Counted from the stretch's first letter, positions 19,388 through 30,686 are shown. The stretch: 64,000 nt of DNA from Acidobacteriota bacterium (GCA_965263035.1 OZ253580.1:4448001-4512000); one strand, 5' to 3'. Program-made: numbers and translations. The notes: generated by a model from the letters alone, not told the origin.

Positions 19388-20173
19388 ATGATCTGGTTGC
19401 TCCTGGTACTGGTACAGAGTTCCCCTGATCCGGACCTGGCCTCTCGGGGCAAGGTGGTGTTCGCCCAGAGTTGCGCCACCGGATACTGCCATGGTTCCGT
19501 GGGGACGGCCGGCCGGGGGCCTCGGCTTCGAGGCACGGGACTTAGCCGTGATCGGATTCTGGAAGCCACCCGCGACGGGATCCCCCGTTCGGCCATGCCG
19601 GGCTGGGAAGGGAAGTTGAATGAGACGGACCTGTCGGCGGTGGTGGAATACGTGTGGAATCTGGCCATGGACACTCGTGAACCGCCGTCGGACGATGCCA
19701 TGCCTCCCGGAACGGGTCCGGCTGCTTATGTGGGATTCGAAGGGCCGGAGGAGGCGTCCCAAGGGCGGGACTTGTTCTTCGACGCGACGCGGGAGGCCCG
19801 TTGCGCGACCTGTCACGAGGCCGGCGGTCGAGGCATTCCCATCGGTCCCGACCTGCTGGCTCTGGGGGATGGGCTGCACGCTACCCTGATGGGCAAGACC
19901 CAGGGTCGGAGTTCCCGTCACGTTCTGCGAGCCCAGCTCGCGGACGGCCAGAGTTTTGCCGCTCTACGAGTCGCTCAGGAGGAAGATCGGGTCAAGCTCT
20001 ATGACCTCACGACGATTCCTCCCGTCTTGCGCACGCTCCTGTCGGACGAGCTCGAGTCCCTTGTCCAGGATGGGAGTTGGGAGCATCGGACCGTCGCCGC
20101 CGAGTACAGCGACGACGAACTCGGAGCCATCGTCCATTACCTGGACTGGCTGAATTCACGCAAATCCGAATAG
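19388..20173 (+). CDS. Diheme c-type cytochrome with putative heme-binding domain
   Basis: Signal peptide, CATGYCH and CATCH motifs, SAMPGW distal Met, IGPDL. Confidence 0.85.
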   Translation: MIWLLLVLVQSSPDPDLASRGKVVFAQSCATGYCHGSVGTAGRGPRLRGTGLSRDRILEATRDGIPRSAMPGWEGKLNETDLSAVVEYVWNLAMDTREPPSDDAMPPGTGPAAYVGFEGPEEASQGRDLFFDATREARCATCHEAGGRGIPIGPDLLALGDGLHATLMGKTQGRSSRHVLRAQLADGQSFAALRVAQEEDRVKLYDLTTIPPVLRTLLSDELESLVQDGSWEHRTVAAEYSDDELGAIVHYLDWLNSRKSE

Positions 20174-20272
20174 CGGTCAGCCGCTGTTCTCCCCAGGCGG
20201 TGGAGTGTGCGGCGAGGAAGATCCTACCCTCGGCCGGTTGATCCTCGGTGGGATAATTCCTGGGAATGCGCG

Positions 20273-20473
20273 TCACTTGACGCGGCGAAGAACGGTCCGG
20301 CCCTGAACCTGCGTCAGCTCGGTCCGATAGTGCCGAATCTGCTGCAGGAGCTCGTCCCGTCGGATCTGGAGACGGTCCAGGTCACTTTGGATATTCTCCA
20401 ACTCGGCTTCGAGAATGCAGAGTTGGAGTTGAAGAGGTAAAGCCGCTTCCGAGCCCGAGGTCTTGTGACTCAT
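20273..20473 (-). CDS. Small coiled-coil hypothetical protein
   Basis: Heptad Leu pattern; ATGA overlap with the VWA gene stop. Confidence 0.55.
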   Translation of the reverse strand: MSHKTSGSEAALPLQLQLCILEAELENIQSDLDRLQIRRDELLQQIRHYRTELTQVQGRTVLRRVK

Positions 20474-21402
20474 GGATTCGATTCCGCTGCATAATACCCC
20501 TCACGGTGTCTGACTTTCAACCCGGACCGTTCCAGCCTAATCCGGATCTTTCGGAATGATCCGTCGGCCTTGGAGTTGGAGGAAACATAGCCGAGGCTGT
20601 ACTGATTTCCCAAGTCCCGGCGGATGCCGTTGAAGGCTTGGCGGAGGCGCTTCAGGTTGGCCTTGGAGTTGACGAAACGGCCCCCGGTGGCCTCGGCAAA
20701 GCGCTTCAACTTCTCGAAATCCGCGTCGAAACCGGAACTCTTCACCCCGATTCCGTAGATCACCACATCGTGGGATTGGGCCGTCCGAATCGCTCGTACC
20801 CACGGCACGGAGCTCCGAGTATCGGCGCCGTCCGAGAGCACCAGCAGGACTCGTCGCCCGGCCTGGTGCCGCAACAGATCCCTTGCCGTCACCCAAATGG
20901 CATCGTAGAGTCGGGTGGCGCCTCCGGCCCGAACCTCCATAATGGCGTCCGCGAGCTTCGATGGATCGGTGCTGAAATCGTGGAGGAGCCGGACATCACT
21001 GTCGAACTGGACCACGGCTCCCGCCTCCCCATCCCCTGTCAGGATCTCGCCGAAGAACTCGATGGCGGCGTTCTGCTCGAACGCCAACTTGTCCTTGACG
21101 CTGGCACTGGAATCCATGACCAGCGCGACGGATAAGGACCGCGCCGTCCCGGCCTTCTCCCGATGGAAGAAAAGAAGCTCTTGGCGGACTCCGTCTTCGT
21201 AGACCTGGAAGTCGTGTCGGGTCAGGTCCTCCACGTATCGGCCCCGCCGGTCCCGGACGATGCAGGAGACGTCCACGACGTCGACCTTGGCTCGAATGGA
21301 TGGGCGCTGCTGTCCGCCGGCCGTCCAGGAGGAGGTGAGGATCAGGGCCGATCCAAAGAGGATGGAACTCCAAACGGAGAAAGGCCGTATCCGGTCCTTC
21401 AA
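20470..21402 (-). CDS. VWA domain protein (acidobacterial VWFA-related type)
   Basis: DSSAS MIDAS, TRLYDAI, LSDGADT, ATGGRF, QYSLGY, RHREGYYA motifs. Confidence 0.92.
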   Translation of the reverse strand: MKDRIRPFSVWSSILFGSALILTSSWTAGGQQRPSIRAKVDVVDVSCIVRDRRGRYVEDLTRHDFQVYEDGVRQELLFFHREKAGTARSLSVALVMDSSASVKDKLAFEQNAAIEFFGEILTGDGEAGAVVQFDSDVRLLHDFSTDPSKLADAIMEVRAGGATRLYDAIWVTARDLLRHQAGRRVLLVLSDGADTRSSVPWVRAIRTAQSHDVVIYGIGVKSSGFDADFEKLKRFAEATGGRFVNSKANLKRLRQAFNGIRRDLGNQYSLGYVSSNSKADGSFRKIRIRLERSGLKVRHREGYYAAESNP

Positions 21403-22175
21403 CGGGCCGTCTTCTCCGCCATTATTCTGCTTGTCGCCATGTAGGTGTAGATGCCCGTGGTTGCCAGAGAGATCACTTCCAGGTAGTCGATGGACAGACC
21501 GGTCATGGTCACTGCCGTTTCAATCGCCACGGCGGGAGTCAGACTGTAGATGGCGATAGTCAGATAGGCGGGAAAAGGGAACCTCACCTGGTAACGGCTT
21601 GTCACCGAGAGCGCAAGCAGCGTAAAGAGCAAGGCCAGAACCAGTTTGACCGCAAAGGTGAATACCAGAATCAACGAATACGCGGTCGGGAAATAGGCCC
21701 ATTTCATGAACTCGAGCCAGTTCCGGATCAGGTCCGGAGTGACTTCAAACGGGCCGAAATCTCTCCAGGGAAAGGTTTCCAACGTCTGGTTCTGGCGTAG
21801 CACAAGGGCGTCTTGGGTGAAGAGAAGCAAGGGTTCCGGGAAACGAGCCAGGTCCTGCCGGCTTTCTGTGGTGTCGAAGATCAGTGTGACGGGCCGGCGG
21901 CCCGAGTAGGTCTGGATCAGCGGTTGGTCGGCCTCGATTCGGAGCCGGCCCTCGCTCACCTGCATGGGAGGGACGTTCTCCTGGAGCCAAATGCCGAATT
22001 CCCGAAACTCCGGCCCGAAGTGAAATGCGTAGGCCAAAGTCACGATCAAGGAGGCGTGGGCGCAAAGATACAGCAGATAGAGCAGAGTCTGCCGGAGGGG
22101 CTGCGCCAGAATCGTCTTGTAAAAAGGGAATTCAGTGATGGCCCAGTAGAGCTGGTGGTAGAAGGTGGTCCGCAT
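21399..22175 (-). CDS. Membrane protein (DUF1189-like)
   Basis: One N-terminal TM, soluble loop, several C-terminal TMs with YSLTP; overlaps the VWA start. Confidence 0.7.
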   Translation of the reverse strand: MRTTFYHQLYWAITEFPFYKTILAQPLRQTLLYLLYLCAHASLIVTLAYAFHFGPEFREFGIWLQENVPPMQVSEGRLRIEADQPLIQTYSGRRPVTLIFDTTESRQDLARFPEPLLLFTQDALVLRQNQTLETFPWRDFGPFEVTPDLIRNWLEFMKWAYFPTAYSLILVFTFAVKLVLALLFTLLALSVTSRYQVRFPFPAYLTIAIYSLTPAVAIETAVTMTGLSIDYLEVISLATTGIYTYMATSRIMAEKTAR

Positions 22176-22244
22176 AGCGGGCTCTCGAGAGGTTCTCCCA
22201 GAGTCGCTGATTCAAGTACCCGCGGCAACAACCGAAACGGCAAT

Positions 22245-22644
22245 CACCAAGAATTGCTTGTAAACGCACACTGGGGAGAGGTGCGTCTCCATCTGGCCTC
22301 CACGATTCTCTCGATCACCCCTTCCGGCTTGCCCGTGATCAGGACCCGATTCCGGCAGCTCGTTTTTTCAAGATGGATCAAGAGGGTTCTAGCGGACACC
22401 CACTTGGTTTCGACGAACTGAGAGGGATTCGGAGGCGGCCTCCGGCATGGATTTACTGGCTCACCATCCCCTCGCTGGTGGCTCGACCCGACCGTTTACC
22501 GGCTGCGGCCAGACCCGGTTCGCGCAGGATGATGACTCCCTGATCCAAGACGACTCCGGCCTTGATCAATGCCCTCTTGCAATCCGTCATTCTGGCGCGG
22601 GTCCTGCCCCGGAGTGTCGTGACGTGTGCAGCGGTTACACTCAT
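22245..22644 (-). pseudogene. tsf: Decayed elongation factor Ts copy
   Basis: MSVTAAHVTTLRGRTRARMTDCKRAL...GLAAAGKRSGRATSEGMVSQ*IHAGG, then GKPEGVIERIVEAR and VCVYKQFL across frameshifts; follows EF-Ts motif order with stop and indels. Confidence 0.8.
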
Positions 22645-23825
22645 TTCGGGTCGCCCTTCCCGCTGAAAAAGCTCGATGCATCAATTCCTAGCTTCTGGAT
22701 CTCGCCTATGAGCCAGTCAATCCCGGGCCAACCATCTGCTCTGCCCAGCCCTCTTCTCCACGTCTGAGGAAGCGCCACATGGCGTTGGGCCGTGTCACGA
22801 GAGATTCCCTGCCGTGGATCCGAAATCCATATCGCGGACTTGATCGACAACCCGTACGGCCATTGATCTGCTCCTGCAACGGAAGCCGGTAGTTCGTGTG
22901 GCCCCTCTTCGGCGGCTGTCTGTAGACCCATGTAGATCCTTTTCCCGGGCCCGGGCCAGTAGATCAGCATGAGGTCACCCTTTTTGATCTGATTCTCGAA
23001 TTCCCGTCCTGTCGTTCGGGAAAAGTGCTGGTACTCAACGTCTTCGCGAATCCACTCCCGCTTCGGGTTTTGAGAATCTCCCTTCATTGCCTGCCATATG
23101 GCCTGCTTGGAAACTTTGGGTGGAACGTAGTAGAGGATTCGGTTACAGGACTCGCAGGTCAGGATCTTCAGCCCGCTCTTGACCTCGGTATAGAACTGGG
23201 GACGAAGCTTCACGTTGCAGGCTTGGCAGGACTCCCTGCGGACCGCTGCAAGGGCCTGCCCGTTACTGGCCGAAGCGATTCTGCGGTACTGTTCGAGCAA
23301 TGACTCGGGCAGGTCCCGTTCCAACTGGTTTCTCTCCTGCTCAAAACCGGCCATGTTCGTCTCGGAACGAGCAACAAAGGTCTCCAGTTCCTTTTGTCGG
23401 GACGACACCTCCGATGCCCGTTCCTCTGCCAGCCGGCGGCCTTCCCGGATCTGGTCTTCCAGCTCATCCAGGTCCATCATGATTTCCAGGATCTCGTCTT
23501 CCTTGCTGGATATCTGAGCCCGGACGCCGGCGATTTCGTGGCGCATGGCCCGGTACTCCCGGTTGGTTTTGACGTCCATGAGCTGCTCCTCGTATCGGGA
23601 CAGCTTCTGTTGCACCAACTCGACTTCACCCTCGAGCTGGCGTTGGATCCGGGCTCTTCGGTCGGCTTGCTCCCGGAGCTTTTCTACGGCGTCTTGACTC
23701 TCCTGAAGCGACTCGGCCTGAGTCTCGATCTCGTCAGGAATCGACAAGACCCGCTGCCGCAACTCGACGATTCTGGCGTCGAGTTGCTGAAGCTGGATCA
23801 ACCTCTGCAACTCTTCGCTCAACAC
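22641..23825 (-). CDS. Coiled-coil C4 Zn-ribbon protein (DUF164/CT398/HP0958 family) with extra C-terminal EVE-like domain
   Basis: LIQLQQLD, VKTNREY, CQACNV...CESCNRILY, then ~155 extra aa containing IKKGDLMLIY...RIYMG...WPY. Confidence 0.85.
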   Translation of the reverse strand: MLSEELQRLIQLQQLDARIVELRQRVLSIPDEIETQAESLQESQDAVEKLREQADRRARIQRQLEGEVELVQQKLSRYEEQLMDVKTNREYRAMRHEIAGVRAQISSKEDEILEIMMDLDELEDQIREGRRLAEERASEVSSRQKELETFVARSETNMAGFEQERNQLERDLPESLLEQYRRIASASNGQALAAVRRESCQACNVKLRPQFYTEVKSGLKILTCESCNRILYYVPPKVSKQAIWQAMKGDSQNPKREWIREDVEYQHFSRTTGREFENQIKKGDLMLIYWPGPGKRIYMGLQTAAEEGPHELPASVAGADQWPYGLSIKSAIWISDPRQGISRDTAQRHVALPQTWRRGLGRADGWPGIDWLIGEIQKLGIDASSFFSGKGDPK

Positions 23826-23871
23826 ATGCCTCCATGGGACGGTGCGGACCGGCAGCCGGCATCGGTGGGTA

Positions 23872-23945
23872 TGGGCCCAGTAGGACTCGAACCTACGACC
23901 ACCTGATTATGAGTCAGACGCTCTAACCGACTGAGCTATGGGCCC
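23872..23945 (-). tRNA. tRNA with CAT anticodon, most likely tRNA-Ile2 (lysidine-modified)
   Basis: GGGCCCATAGCTCAGTCGGTTAGAGCGTCTGACT-CAT-AATCAGGTGGTCGTAGGTTCGAGTCCTACTGGGCCCA folds to a cloverleaf; paired G1-C72 argues against fMet; CCA not encoded. Confidence 0.92.
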
Positions 23946-23949
23946 ACCG

Positions 23950-23976
23950 AAAAAAAAAGGGCGCTTCCAAGCGCCC
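23950..23976 (-). terminator. Intrinsic terminator downstream of rpoD
   Basis: GGGCGCT-TGGA-AGCGCCC followed by 9 T on the minus strand. Confidence 0.75.
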
Positions 23977-24117
23977 GTGTGAAACAGTTGCCGCGCCATT
24001 CGGACAGCGCCGCGTCCCGGCCGGGGATCCTGTCCCCAGGTCGAGACTCGGTGGCGGCAACGGCCGTCACCGCCTGGTCGCGCCAAGTCCGCCCCGCAGT
24101 CTTCCGTCGCCGTGCTG

Positions 24118-25839
24118 CTATGAAAGTGTCCGACCCGAATTCCCATTGTCTTCATGGAATGTTTTCAACTTCCGGCTGCGGGACGGGTGCCGCAGCTTTC
24201 GCAAGGCCTTGGCTTCGATCTGACGGATCCGCTCACGGGTGACAGAGAACCGCTGACCCACTTCTTCCAGGGTGTGCTCACTTCCGTCCCCGATGCCGAA
24301 TCTCATGCGGATCACCTGTTCCTCTCTGTCGGTGAGAGTCTTGAGAACGGCCGCCGTCTGTTCCTTTAGATTGAGATTGATCACCGCCTCGGCCGGTGAG
24401 GTAACGCCTCGGTCCTCGATAAAGTCACCGAGATGACTGTCCTCCTCCTCGCCGATAGGTGTCTCCAGAGAAATGGGTTCTTGAGCGATCTTGAGGATCT
24501 TCCGAACCTTGCTGACTGAAAGGCCCATTTTCACCGAGATCTCTTCGTTGGTCGGTTCCCGACCATATTCCTGCACCAGCGCCCGGGAGGTTCGAATCAG
24601 TTTGTTGATGGTCTCGATCATGTGGACCGGGATCCGGATGGTCCGGGCCTGATCCGCTATGGCCCGGGTGATGGCCTGCCGAATCCACCAAGTGGCGTAG
24701 GTCGAGAACTTGTATCCCCTTCGATACTCGAACTTCTCAACCGCCTTCATGAGTCCGATGTTCCCTTCCTGGATCAGATCCAGGAACTGCAGGCCCCGGT
24801 TCGTGTATTTCTTGGCTATGGAAACTACCAGTCTCAGGTTCGCTTCCACCAACTCCTTCTTGGCAATATCGGCTTCGAGCTCACCCTGCTTTATGGTAGC
24901 CAGAGTACGCTTGAGTTCCGCGGGGCTGGCCAGAACCTCGTCTTCGATCTCCTTCAGCTGTTTGTCGATCTCCCGTAAGCGTAGCTTGATCTTCTTGGAG
25001 TCCTCCAACTTCAGCGGGGCTTCCTGCAACTTCTTGAGTTTCTTGGTTTCCTGGTCCAGGGCGACGATCCGGTCGACGGCTCGCTTGATGACATTGACCA
25101 ACCGCTCGTAAGTCAGAGGGGTGAGATCCAGGGCCCGGATGTGGCGCGCGATGGGAATTCGATAACGGGCCAACTGCGACAGGAACTTCTTGTATTCGGG
25201 CGAATCCTTGGATTTCCTGATCCGTCGCAACTTGCCCCGAATCCTGCTGGCTCCATCTTCCAGCACTCCCACCTCTCGCACCACGCGGATAGTGGTTTCC
25301 CGCCGGGTCTCGCAAACCTCGACGGTGACCTCGGCTTCACGGAAGACGACCAGTGCCTTGATGTTGAGGTTGCCCTGGTCCAGCGCTTCCCCGTAGCGCA
25401 TGATCTCGTTGACGACCACGGGAGATCGGGACAGCACCTTGAGCACCACCTTTCGACCCTTCTCGATCCGCTTGGCGATTGCCACCTCCCCCTCTCGGGT
25501 CAGGAGGGGTACCGTGCCCATCTCCCGCAAATACATGCGGACCGGATCATTGGTCTTCTCGAGCGTGGGGTCCGGGGGCTCCGTCCCCGCCCCCTTGGCC
25601 TTGGTCCGAATCCTACGTTGGGTAGACTCGAAATCCTCCTCCGAGTCGATGACCTCGATCCCGGCATCCCCGAACAGGTAGAAGATGCTGTCCAGGTCTT
25701 CCGAGGATTGGATATCGTCGGGGAGGTAGTCGTTGACTTCGTCGTAAAGGAGATAGCCCTTTTCCTTACCCAGGGCGATCAGTTCCTTTACGCCGTCGTA
25801 CTTCTGCTCAATGGGAATCTTCTCTTCGTTTTCCGTCAT
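24118..25839 (-). CDS. rpoD: RNA polymerase primary sigma factor
   Basis: [56 protein letters not shown]. Confidence 0.98.
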   Translation of the reverse strand: MTENEEKIPIEQKYDGVKELIALGKEKGYLLYDEVNDYLPDDIQSSEDLDSIFYLFGDAGIEVIDSEEDFESTQRRIRTKAKGAGTEPPDPTLEKTNDPVRMYLREMGTVPLLTREGEVAIAKRIEKGRKVVLKVLSRSPVVVNEIMRYGEALDQGNLNIKALVVFREAEVTVEVCETRRETTIRVVREVGVLEDGASRIRGKLRRIRKSKDSPEYKKFLSQLARYRIPIARHIRALDLTPLTYERLVNVIKRAVDRIVALDQETKKLKKLQEAPLKLEDSKKIKLRLREIDKQLKEIEDEVLASPAELKRTLATIKQGELEADIAKKELVEANLRLVVSIAKKYTNRGLQFLDLIQEGNIGLMKAVEKFEYRRGYKFSTYATWWIRQAITRAIADQARTIRIPVHMIETINKLIRTSRALVQEYGREPTNEEISVKMGLSVSKVRKILKIAQEPISLETPIGEEEDSHLGDFIEDRGVTSPAEAVINLNLKEQTAAVLKTLTDREEQVIRMRFGIGDGSEHTLEEVGQRFSVTRERIRQIEAKALRKLRHPSRSRKLKTFHEDNGNSGRTLS

Positions 25840-25856
25840 GCCGCCAGCCGCCCCCA

Positions 25857-27602
25857 TTATACAAGATCGAACTCTATTTTCTTGCGGATCCGCTCCTTCC
25901 TTGCCAGAAGCTCCCGCAAGATTCCGGTTGACGTAGCGTTCTTCTCCTCTTCCATAATCTGTTCCTGTACCCGCCGGCTCAGGTTCTCGAAATGCTTTCG
26001 TCTCAATGCTCGAATGCACTCGACCACGACCTCGTCCGAAAGCGAGTCGTCGGTCAGGGCCAAATATTCCAGGAGATCCCTGTTCTCCGGGTCGAGCCGC
26101 TCCGAGGCCGCTGCCACCGTCGGGCCCTGCTGCTGGCGGTTCAAGTCGAACAAGACCTCGAAGATCTTGCCCGATCCCAGGTTCCCGAACCAGTCGGGTT
26201 CCACCTCGCTGAAGACTCGATTTCGGTGGGCCGGATCCAGGGCGGCCAGCACCAGCGTCTTCTCCGCCAGAGTGACGGTCGCCGGCCGCGGAGACGGCGT
26301 CGCCAGGAGGTGTCCGGACTGGGGTTTCCGGACGTAGCGCATCTCCGCCAGGATCAGGTTCTCATCCAGTCTCAGCCGCGTGGCGGTCCGGGACACGGCT
26401 TCGGCACGCTCGATTCGATTGGCGATCGCAGCGAGGTGGGGCACAACCTGTTCGACGATTTCCTGTTTGCCCCCGGGACTGTACGGATCCTTCTGCTGTT
26501 GAATCAGCCAGGAGAGCAGGAAGGACAGGAACGGGACCGAAGATCGCAGCACGTCGCCGTAGGCCTGGGCGCCGTGGTCTCTCAAAAAGGAGTCCGGATC
26601 CTGGCCTCCGGGAATCTGGGCAATGCTCATGTGGAAGCCTTCGCGCACGAAGATGTCGGCCGAGCGCAAAGTCGCGTTGGCTCCGGCCTGGTCCGGATCG
26701 TAGTTGATAACGACTCGACGCGTGTAGTGTCGCAGCAGCTTGGCCTGATCCGTGGTCAGACTGGTGCCCAGGGCGGCGATCACGTTCCCGAAGCCGAACT
26801 GATGGGGTATGACACAGTCGAAATAGCCCTCGACCAGAATGGCGAATCCCCGCCGTCTGATCTCCGGGCGGCTCAGTTCCAGAGCGTACAGGTTGGCACC
26901 CTTCTTGTAGAGATCGGTGTCCGGAGAGTTGAGGTATTTGGGAATTCCGTCTCCCATGATCCGTCCGCCGAAGGCCACAATCCGTCCTTGAAGATCCCGG
27001 ATCGGGAAAACCACGCGCCGCCGCAGATGCTCGTAGCTGTGGCCTCCGCGTCCCTCCTTGACCAGGCCGCAGGCCCTCAGTTCCTGATCCGTGAATCCTT
27101 CACGCTGAAGGTTGGCAATCAGTTGGCCTCCGCCCGGGGCGTACCCGATCTGGAATCGATCGGTGGTCTCACGGTTGATCTGCCGGTTCTGAAGATAGTT
27201 CCTGGCCGCTTCCGACCGCTCCAGGAACTGGCTGTAGAGTCTCCCGGCCAGCTCCATGGCTTGACGGAGGCGCTGCGTCCGGTCGGTCCGGGGACTCTGG
27301 CTCCCGGCGTCATGGCGCACCGTGATACCCGAGCGCTCCCCCAGAAACTTCACCGCTTCGGGAAACGTCCGGTTTTCCATCAGCATGACGAACTTGAAGA
27401 TGTCCCCTCCGGCGCCGCACCCAAAACACTTGAAGATCTGCTTGCTGTCGCTGACCAGAAACGAAGGGGTCTTTTCGGCATGGAAGGGACAGAGGGCGGA
27501 GTGGTTCTGCCCCTGCTTTTTCAGGGGGAAGTAGCCGCCGATCAGATCCACGATATTGATGCTGTTGCGGATCTGTTCCACGATCCGGTCGTCGAACTTC
27601 AT
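25857..27602 (-). CDS. dnaG: DNA primase
   Basis: [11 protein letters not shown]...CFGC Zn finger, KYLNSP, LVEGYFD, YDPDQAG Toprim motif. Confidence 0.97.
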   Translation of the reverse strand: MKFDDRIVEQIRNSINIVDLIGGYFPLKKQGQNHSALCPFHAEKTPSFLVSDSKQIFKCFGCGAGGDIFKFVMLMENRTFPEAVKFLGERSGITVRHDAGSQSPRTDRTQRLRQAMELAGRLYSQFLERSEAARNYLQNRQINRETTDRFQIGYAPGGGQLIANLQREGFTDQELRACGLVKEGRGGHSYEHLRRRVVFPIRDLQGRIVAFGGRIMGDGIPKYLNSPDTDLYKKGANLYALELSRPEIRRRGFAILVEGYFDCVIPHQFGFGNVIAALGTSLTTDQAKLLRHYTRRVVINYDPDQAGANATLRSADIFVREGFHMSIAQIPGGQDPDSFLRDHGAQAYGDVLRSSVPFLSFLLSWLIQQQKDPYSPGGKQEIVEQVVPHLAAIANRIERAEAVSRTATRLRLDENLILAEMRYVRKPQSGHLLATPSPRPATVTLAEKTLVLAALDPAHRNRVFSEVEPDWFGNLGSGKIFEVLFDLNRQQQGPTVAAASERLDPENRDLLEYLALTDDSLSDEVVVECIRALRRKHFENLSRRVQEQIMEEEKNATSTGILRELLARKERIRKKIEFDLV

Positions 27603-27756
27603 CCCTTATTCGTACTCGGGGACTCGCCCGCCCCAGCTTGGTCCCGGATGACTTCCAGACCGAGGGGGTAAGTGCCTGAAAAAGGGTCCTTGCTTCGTTG
27701 TGCCCCCAACGACCCGGTGAGAAATTCCGGTTAGAATTTACCAGAATCAGGCCGGG

Positions 27757-28515
27757 TCAGTCGCAGTCTCGCCGCCGGTTGATCATGCTTGCCACATAGC
27801 CGGCTCCGAACCCATTGTCGATGTTGACCACGGACACGTTTGCGGCACAGCTGTTGAGCATGCCCAGGAGTGCGGCCAGACCGCCGAAGGAAGCCCCGTA
27901 CCCCACGCTGGTGGGAACCGCGATCACAGGCAGATCGACCAGGCCGCCGACCACGCTGGGAAGGGCTCCTTCCATGCCCGCAACGGCGATCACCACCGTG
28001 CATGACGCCAACAGCTCCCGCTGTCCCAGGATCCGATGCAGCCCCGCCACGCCCACGTCGTAGCAGGGGACGGCCTGGTTTCCCATGACCGTTGCCGTGA
28101 TCAAGGCCTCTTCGGCAACCGGGATGTCCGCGGTGCCGGCGGCGAAGACCCCGATGGTGCCCCGGCCCTGATCGACCGGGTCCCGGACCACCTCCAGAAT
28201 CCGGCTCCGGCAGTGGAACACGGCTTCCGGGCAAGACGCTTTCACTCGAGCGTGGACTTCCTCGCTCGTGGAAGTGATGAGCAGGTTGGAGTGGTTCTCC
28301 AACAGCGACTCGGCAATCCCGAGGATCTGGTCCGGACTCTTGCCCCTCCCGAAAATGACCTCGGGGAAGCCGTGCCGGAGACTCCGGTGGTGGTCCACCT
28401 TGGCATAGTCCAGATCTTCGTAGGGCAGATCATGGAGAAGCCGAAGCAACTCCGTCTCGGGCAGACGGCCCTCCCTGAAATCGCGAAGAGCCTGCTTCAG
28501 CGATTCCGGGATCAT
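27757..28515 (-). CDS. larB: Nickel-pincer cofactor biosynthesis carboxylase (PurE-like)
   Basis: [54 protein letters not shown]. Confidence 0.93.
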   Translation of the reverse strand: MIPESLKQALRDFREGRLPETELLRLLHDLPYEDLDYAKVDHHRSLRHGFPEVIFGRGKSPDQILGIAESLLENHSNLLITSTSEEVHARVKASCPEAVFHCRSRILEVVRDPVDQGRGTIGVFAAGTADIPVAEEALITATVMGNQAVPCYDVGVAGLHRILGQRELLASCTVVIAVAGMEGALPSVVGGLVDLPVIAVPTSVGYGASFGGLAALLGMLNSCAANVSVVNIDNGFGAGYVASMINRRRDCD

Positions 28516-30686
28516 CGGCGCTGCCGGCGGCGCCTCCGGCGATTCTCGGGCTGCTCCCGAACTCCTTGCTGGTCTCGATTCTCGGGCTGCTCTCGAACTC
28601 CTTGCTGGTCTCTGAGCACGGCGCGGCGGCTGAGCCGGATCTTGTTGTTGTCGTCGACATTGAGGACCTTCACCAGCATCTTGTCCCCATTGTTGATCTC
28701 CTGGTAGATGTCCCGGATCCGATGTTCCGCGACCTCGGAGATGTGGAGGAGACCGTCCGTTCCCGGGAAAATCTCGACGAAGGCTCCGAAGTCCACCACT
28801 TTCACCACCGTTCCCAGATAGGTCTTGCCGATCTCGGCGGTGGCCGTCAGTTCCTCGATGATCCGGATCGCCTTTTCGGTGGCCTCGCTGCTGGTGGAAG
28901 CGATGTTGACCGTGCCGTCGTCTTCGATGTCGATCTTGACCCCCGTCTGATCGATGATGCTGCGGATCATCTTCCCACCGGGACCGATGACGCCGCCGAT
29001 CTTCTTGACCGGGATCTTGATGGTGACGATACGGGGCGCGAACCTGGAAATGTCGGGGCGCGGCTCGGCAATGGTCTCCGCCATCCGATCCAGGATATGC
29101 AGCCGGCCCTCCCGGGCCTGGAGCAGGGCTTCCTCCATGATCTCTCGCGTGACCCCCGCAATCTTGATGTCCATCTGCAGGGCGGTGATGCCCTTCCGGC
29201 TGCCGGCGACCTTGAAGTCCATATCGCCGTAGTGGTCCTCGAATCCGGCGATGTCCGACAGGACGGCGTAGTCATCACCCTCCTTGACCAGTCCCATGGC
29301 GATGCCGGCGATGGAGCCCCCGAGGGGCACGCCTGCGTCCTGCAGCGCCATAATGGCGCCGCAGACCGTTGCCATGGACGACGAGCCGTTGGACTCCAGG
29401 ATGTCTGACACCACGCGGACGGTGTAAGGGAACTTCTCCTCGGACGGAAGCATCGGCGTGACGGCTCTCTCCGCCAGGACGCCGTGCCCGATTTCCCGGC
29501 GCCCCGGGCCTCTCAGGAATCTCACCTCACCCACGCTGAAGGGAGGGAAGTTGTAGTGGAGCATGAAGCGTTTCGAACTCTCCCCGGTGAGCAGATCCAG
29601 GCGTTGGGCGTCATCTCCGGTGCCCAGCGTAGCCGTCACCAGAGCCTGGGTCTCTCCTCGCGTGAAAAGGGCCGATCCATGTGCCCGGGGCAGAAAGCCG
29701 ACTTCGCTGGAGATGGCCCTGACCTGGTCGAATCCCCGGCCGTCGGGGCGACGTCCATCCCGCAGCAACCGCTCCCGAAACAGCCTTTCCTTGAGCCGGT
29801 TGAAGCAGTCTCCCGCCTCGGCCCTCTTCTCGCCGGTCTCGTCGGGGATGGAATCGAGGACCTCGCCCTTGGAGTCACTCATTTTCCGTTCGCTGGCCAA
29901 CTTCCCGGGGGTATGGAGAGCCTCCAGAATCTTCTCCTTGGCCAGGGACTCAACCTGCTCCACGAGTCCCGGGTCGAGAGTTTTGGGCTCCACGGTCCGT
30001 TTGGTAACCGGACGGCGCCCCGCCAGCTCTCGAATCCCCTCGATGACGGGCCGGATTCCCTGCTTGTGACCATATTCGATGGCCTCGACGACGACCTGCT
30101 CGGAGACCTCCCGCATGGTGGCTTCCACCATGGTGATGCCGTCCCAGGAGCCGGAAAGGATCAGGTTCAGATCGCTCTCTTCCAACTGGGAATAGCTGGG
30201 GTTGAGGATGAACCGGCCGTCGACGCGGCCCACCCGCACCGCCCCCAGGGGATACGGGAACGGGATGTCGGACAGGGCCAGTGCCGCCGACGCACCATTC
30301 AGAGCCAGAATATCCGGGTTCGTCTCCGGGTCGGCCGACAGCACCATGGCCACGATCTGAGTCTCGCAAGCAAAGCCGTCCGGGAAGAGCGGGCGGATGG
30401 GACGGTCGATGAGGCGACTCGTCAGAACCTCTTTTTCGGAGGGCCTGCCCTCCCGTTTGAAAAAGCCTCCGGGAATCTTGCCCGCGGCATAGGTGTATTC
30501 CCGGTAGTCACAGGTGAGCGGGAAGAAACTCAAGTTCTTCCGAGGCTCACGTTGAGAACAGGCCGAAACCAGGACCATCGTCTCTTCGAGGCCAACCACG
30601 ACGGCGCCGTCGGCTTGCTTGGCCATTCTGCCGGTTTCTATGGAAAGGACTTTACCGTCCAGGTGAACTTCTATTTTCTCCGCCAT
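28512..30686 (-). CDS. pnp: Polyribonucleotide nucleotidyltransferase
   Basis: [37 protein letters not shown] and S1 domains. Confidence 0.98.
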   Translation of the reverse strand: MAEKIEVHLDGKVLSIETGRMAKQADGAVVVGLEETMVLVSACSQREPRKNLSFFPLTCDYREYTYAAGKIPGGFFKREGRPSEKEVLTSRLIDRPIRPLFPDGFACETQIVAMVLSADPETNPDILALNGASAALALSDIPFPYPLGAVRVGRVDGRFILNPSYSQLEESDLNLILSGSWDGITMVEATMREVSEQVVVEAIEYGHKQGIRPVIEGIRELAGRRPVTKRTVEPKTLDPGLVEQVESLAKEKILEALHTPGKLASERKMSDSKGEVLDSIPDETGEKRAEAGDCFNRLKERLFRERLLRDGRRPDGRGFDQVRAISSEVGFLPRAHGSALFTRGETQALVTATLGTGDDAQRLDLLTGESSKRFMLHYNFPPFSVGEVRFLRGPGRREIGHGVLAERAVTPMLPSEEKFPYTVRVVSDILESNGSSSMATVCGAIMALQDAGVPLGGSIAGIAMGLVKEGDDYAVLSDIAGFEDHYGDMDFKVAGSRKGITALQMDIKIAGVTREIMEEALLQAREGRLHILDRMAETIAEPRPDISRFAPRIVTIKIPVKKIGGVIGPGGKMIRSIIDQTGVKIDIEDDGTVNIASTSSEATEKAIRIIEELTATAEIGKTYLGTVVKVVDFGAFVEIFPGTDGLLHISEVAEHRIRDIYQEINNGDKMLVKVLNVDDNNKIRLSRRAVLRDQQGVREQPENRDQQGVREQPENRRRRRRQRR
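28541..28612. repeat. 36-bp tandem duplication in the pnp 3' end
   Basis: Two copies of GATTCTCGGGCTGCTC(C/T)CGAACTCCTTGCTGGTCTC encoding [12 protein letters not shown] twice. Confidence 0.92.
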
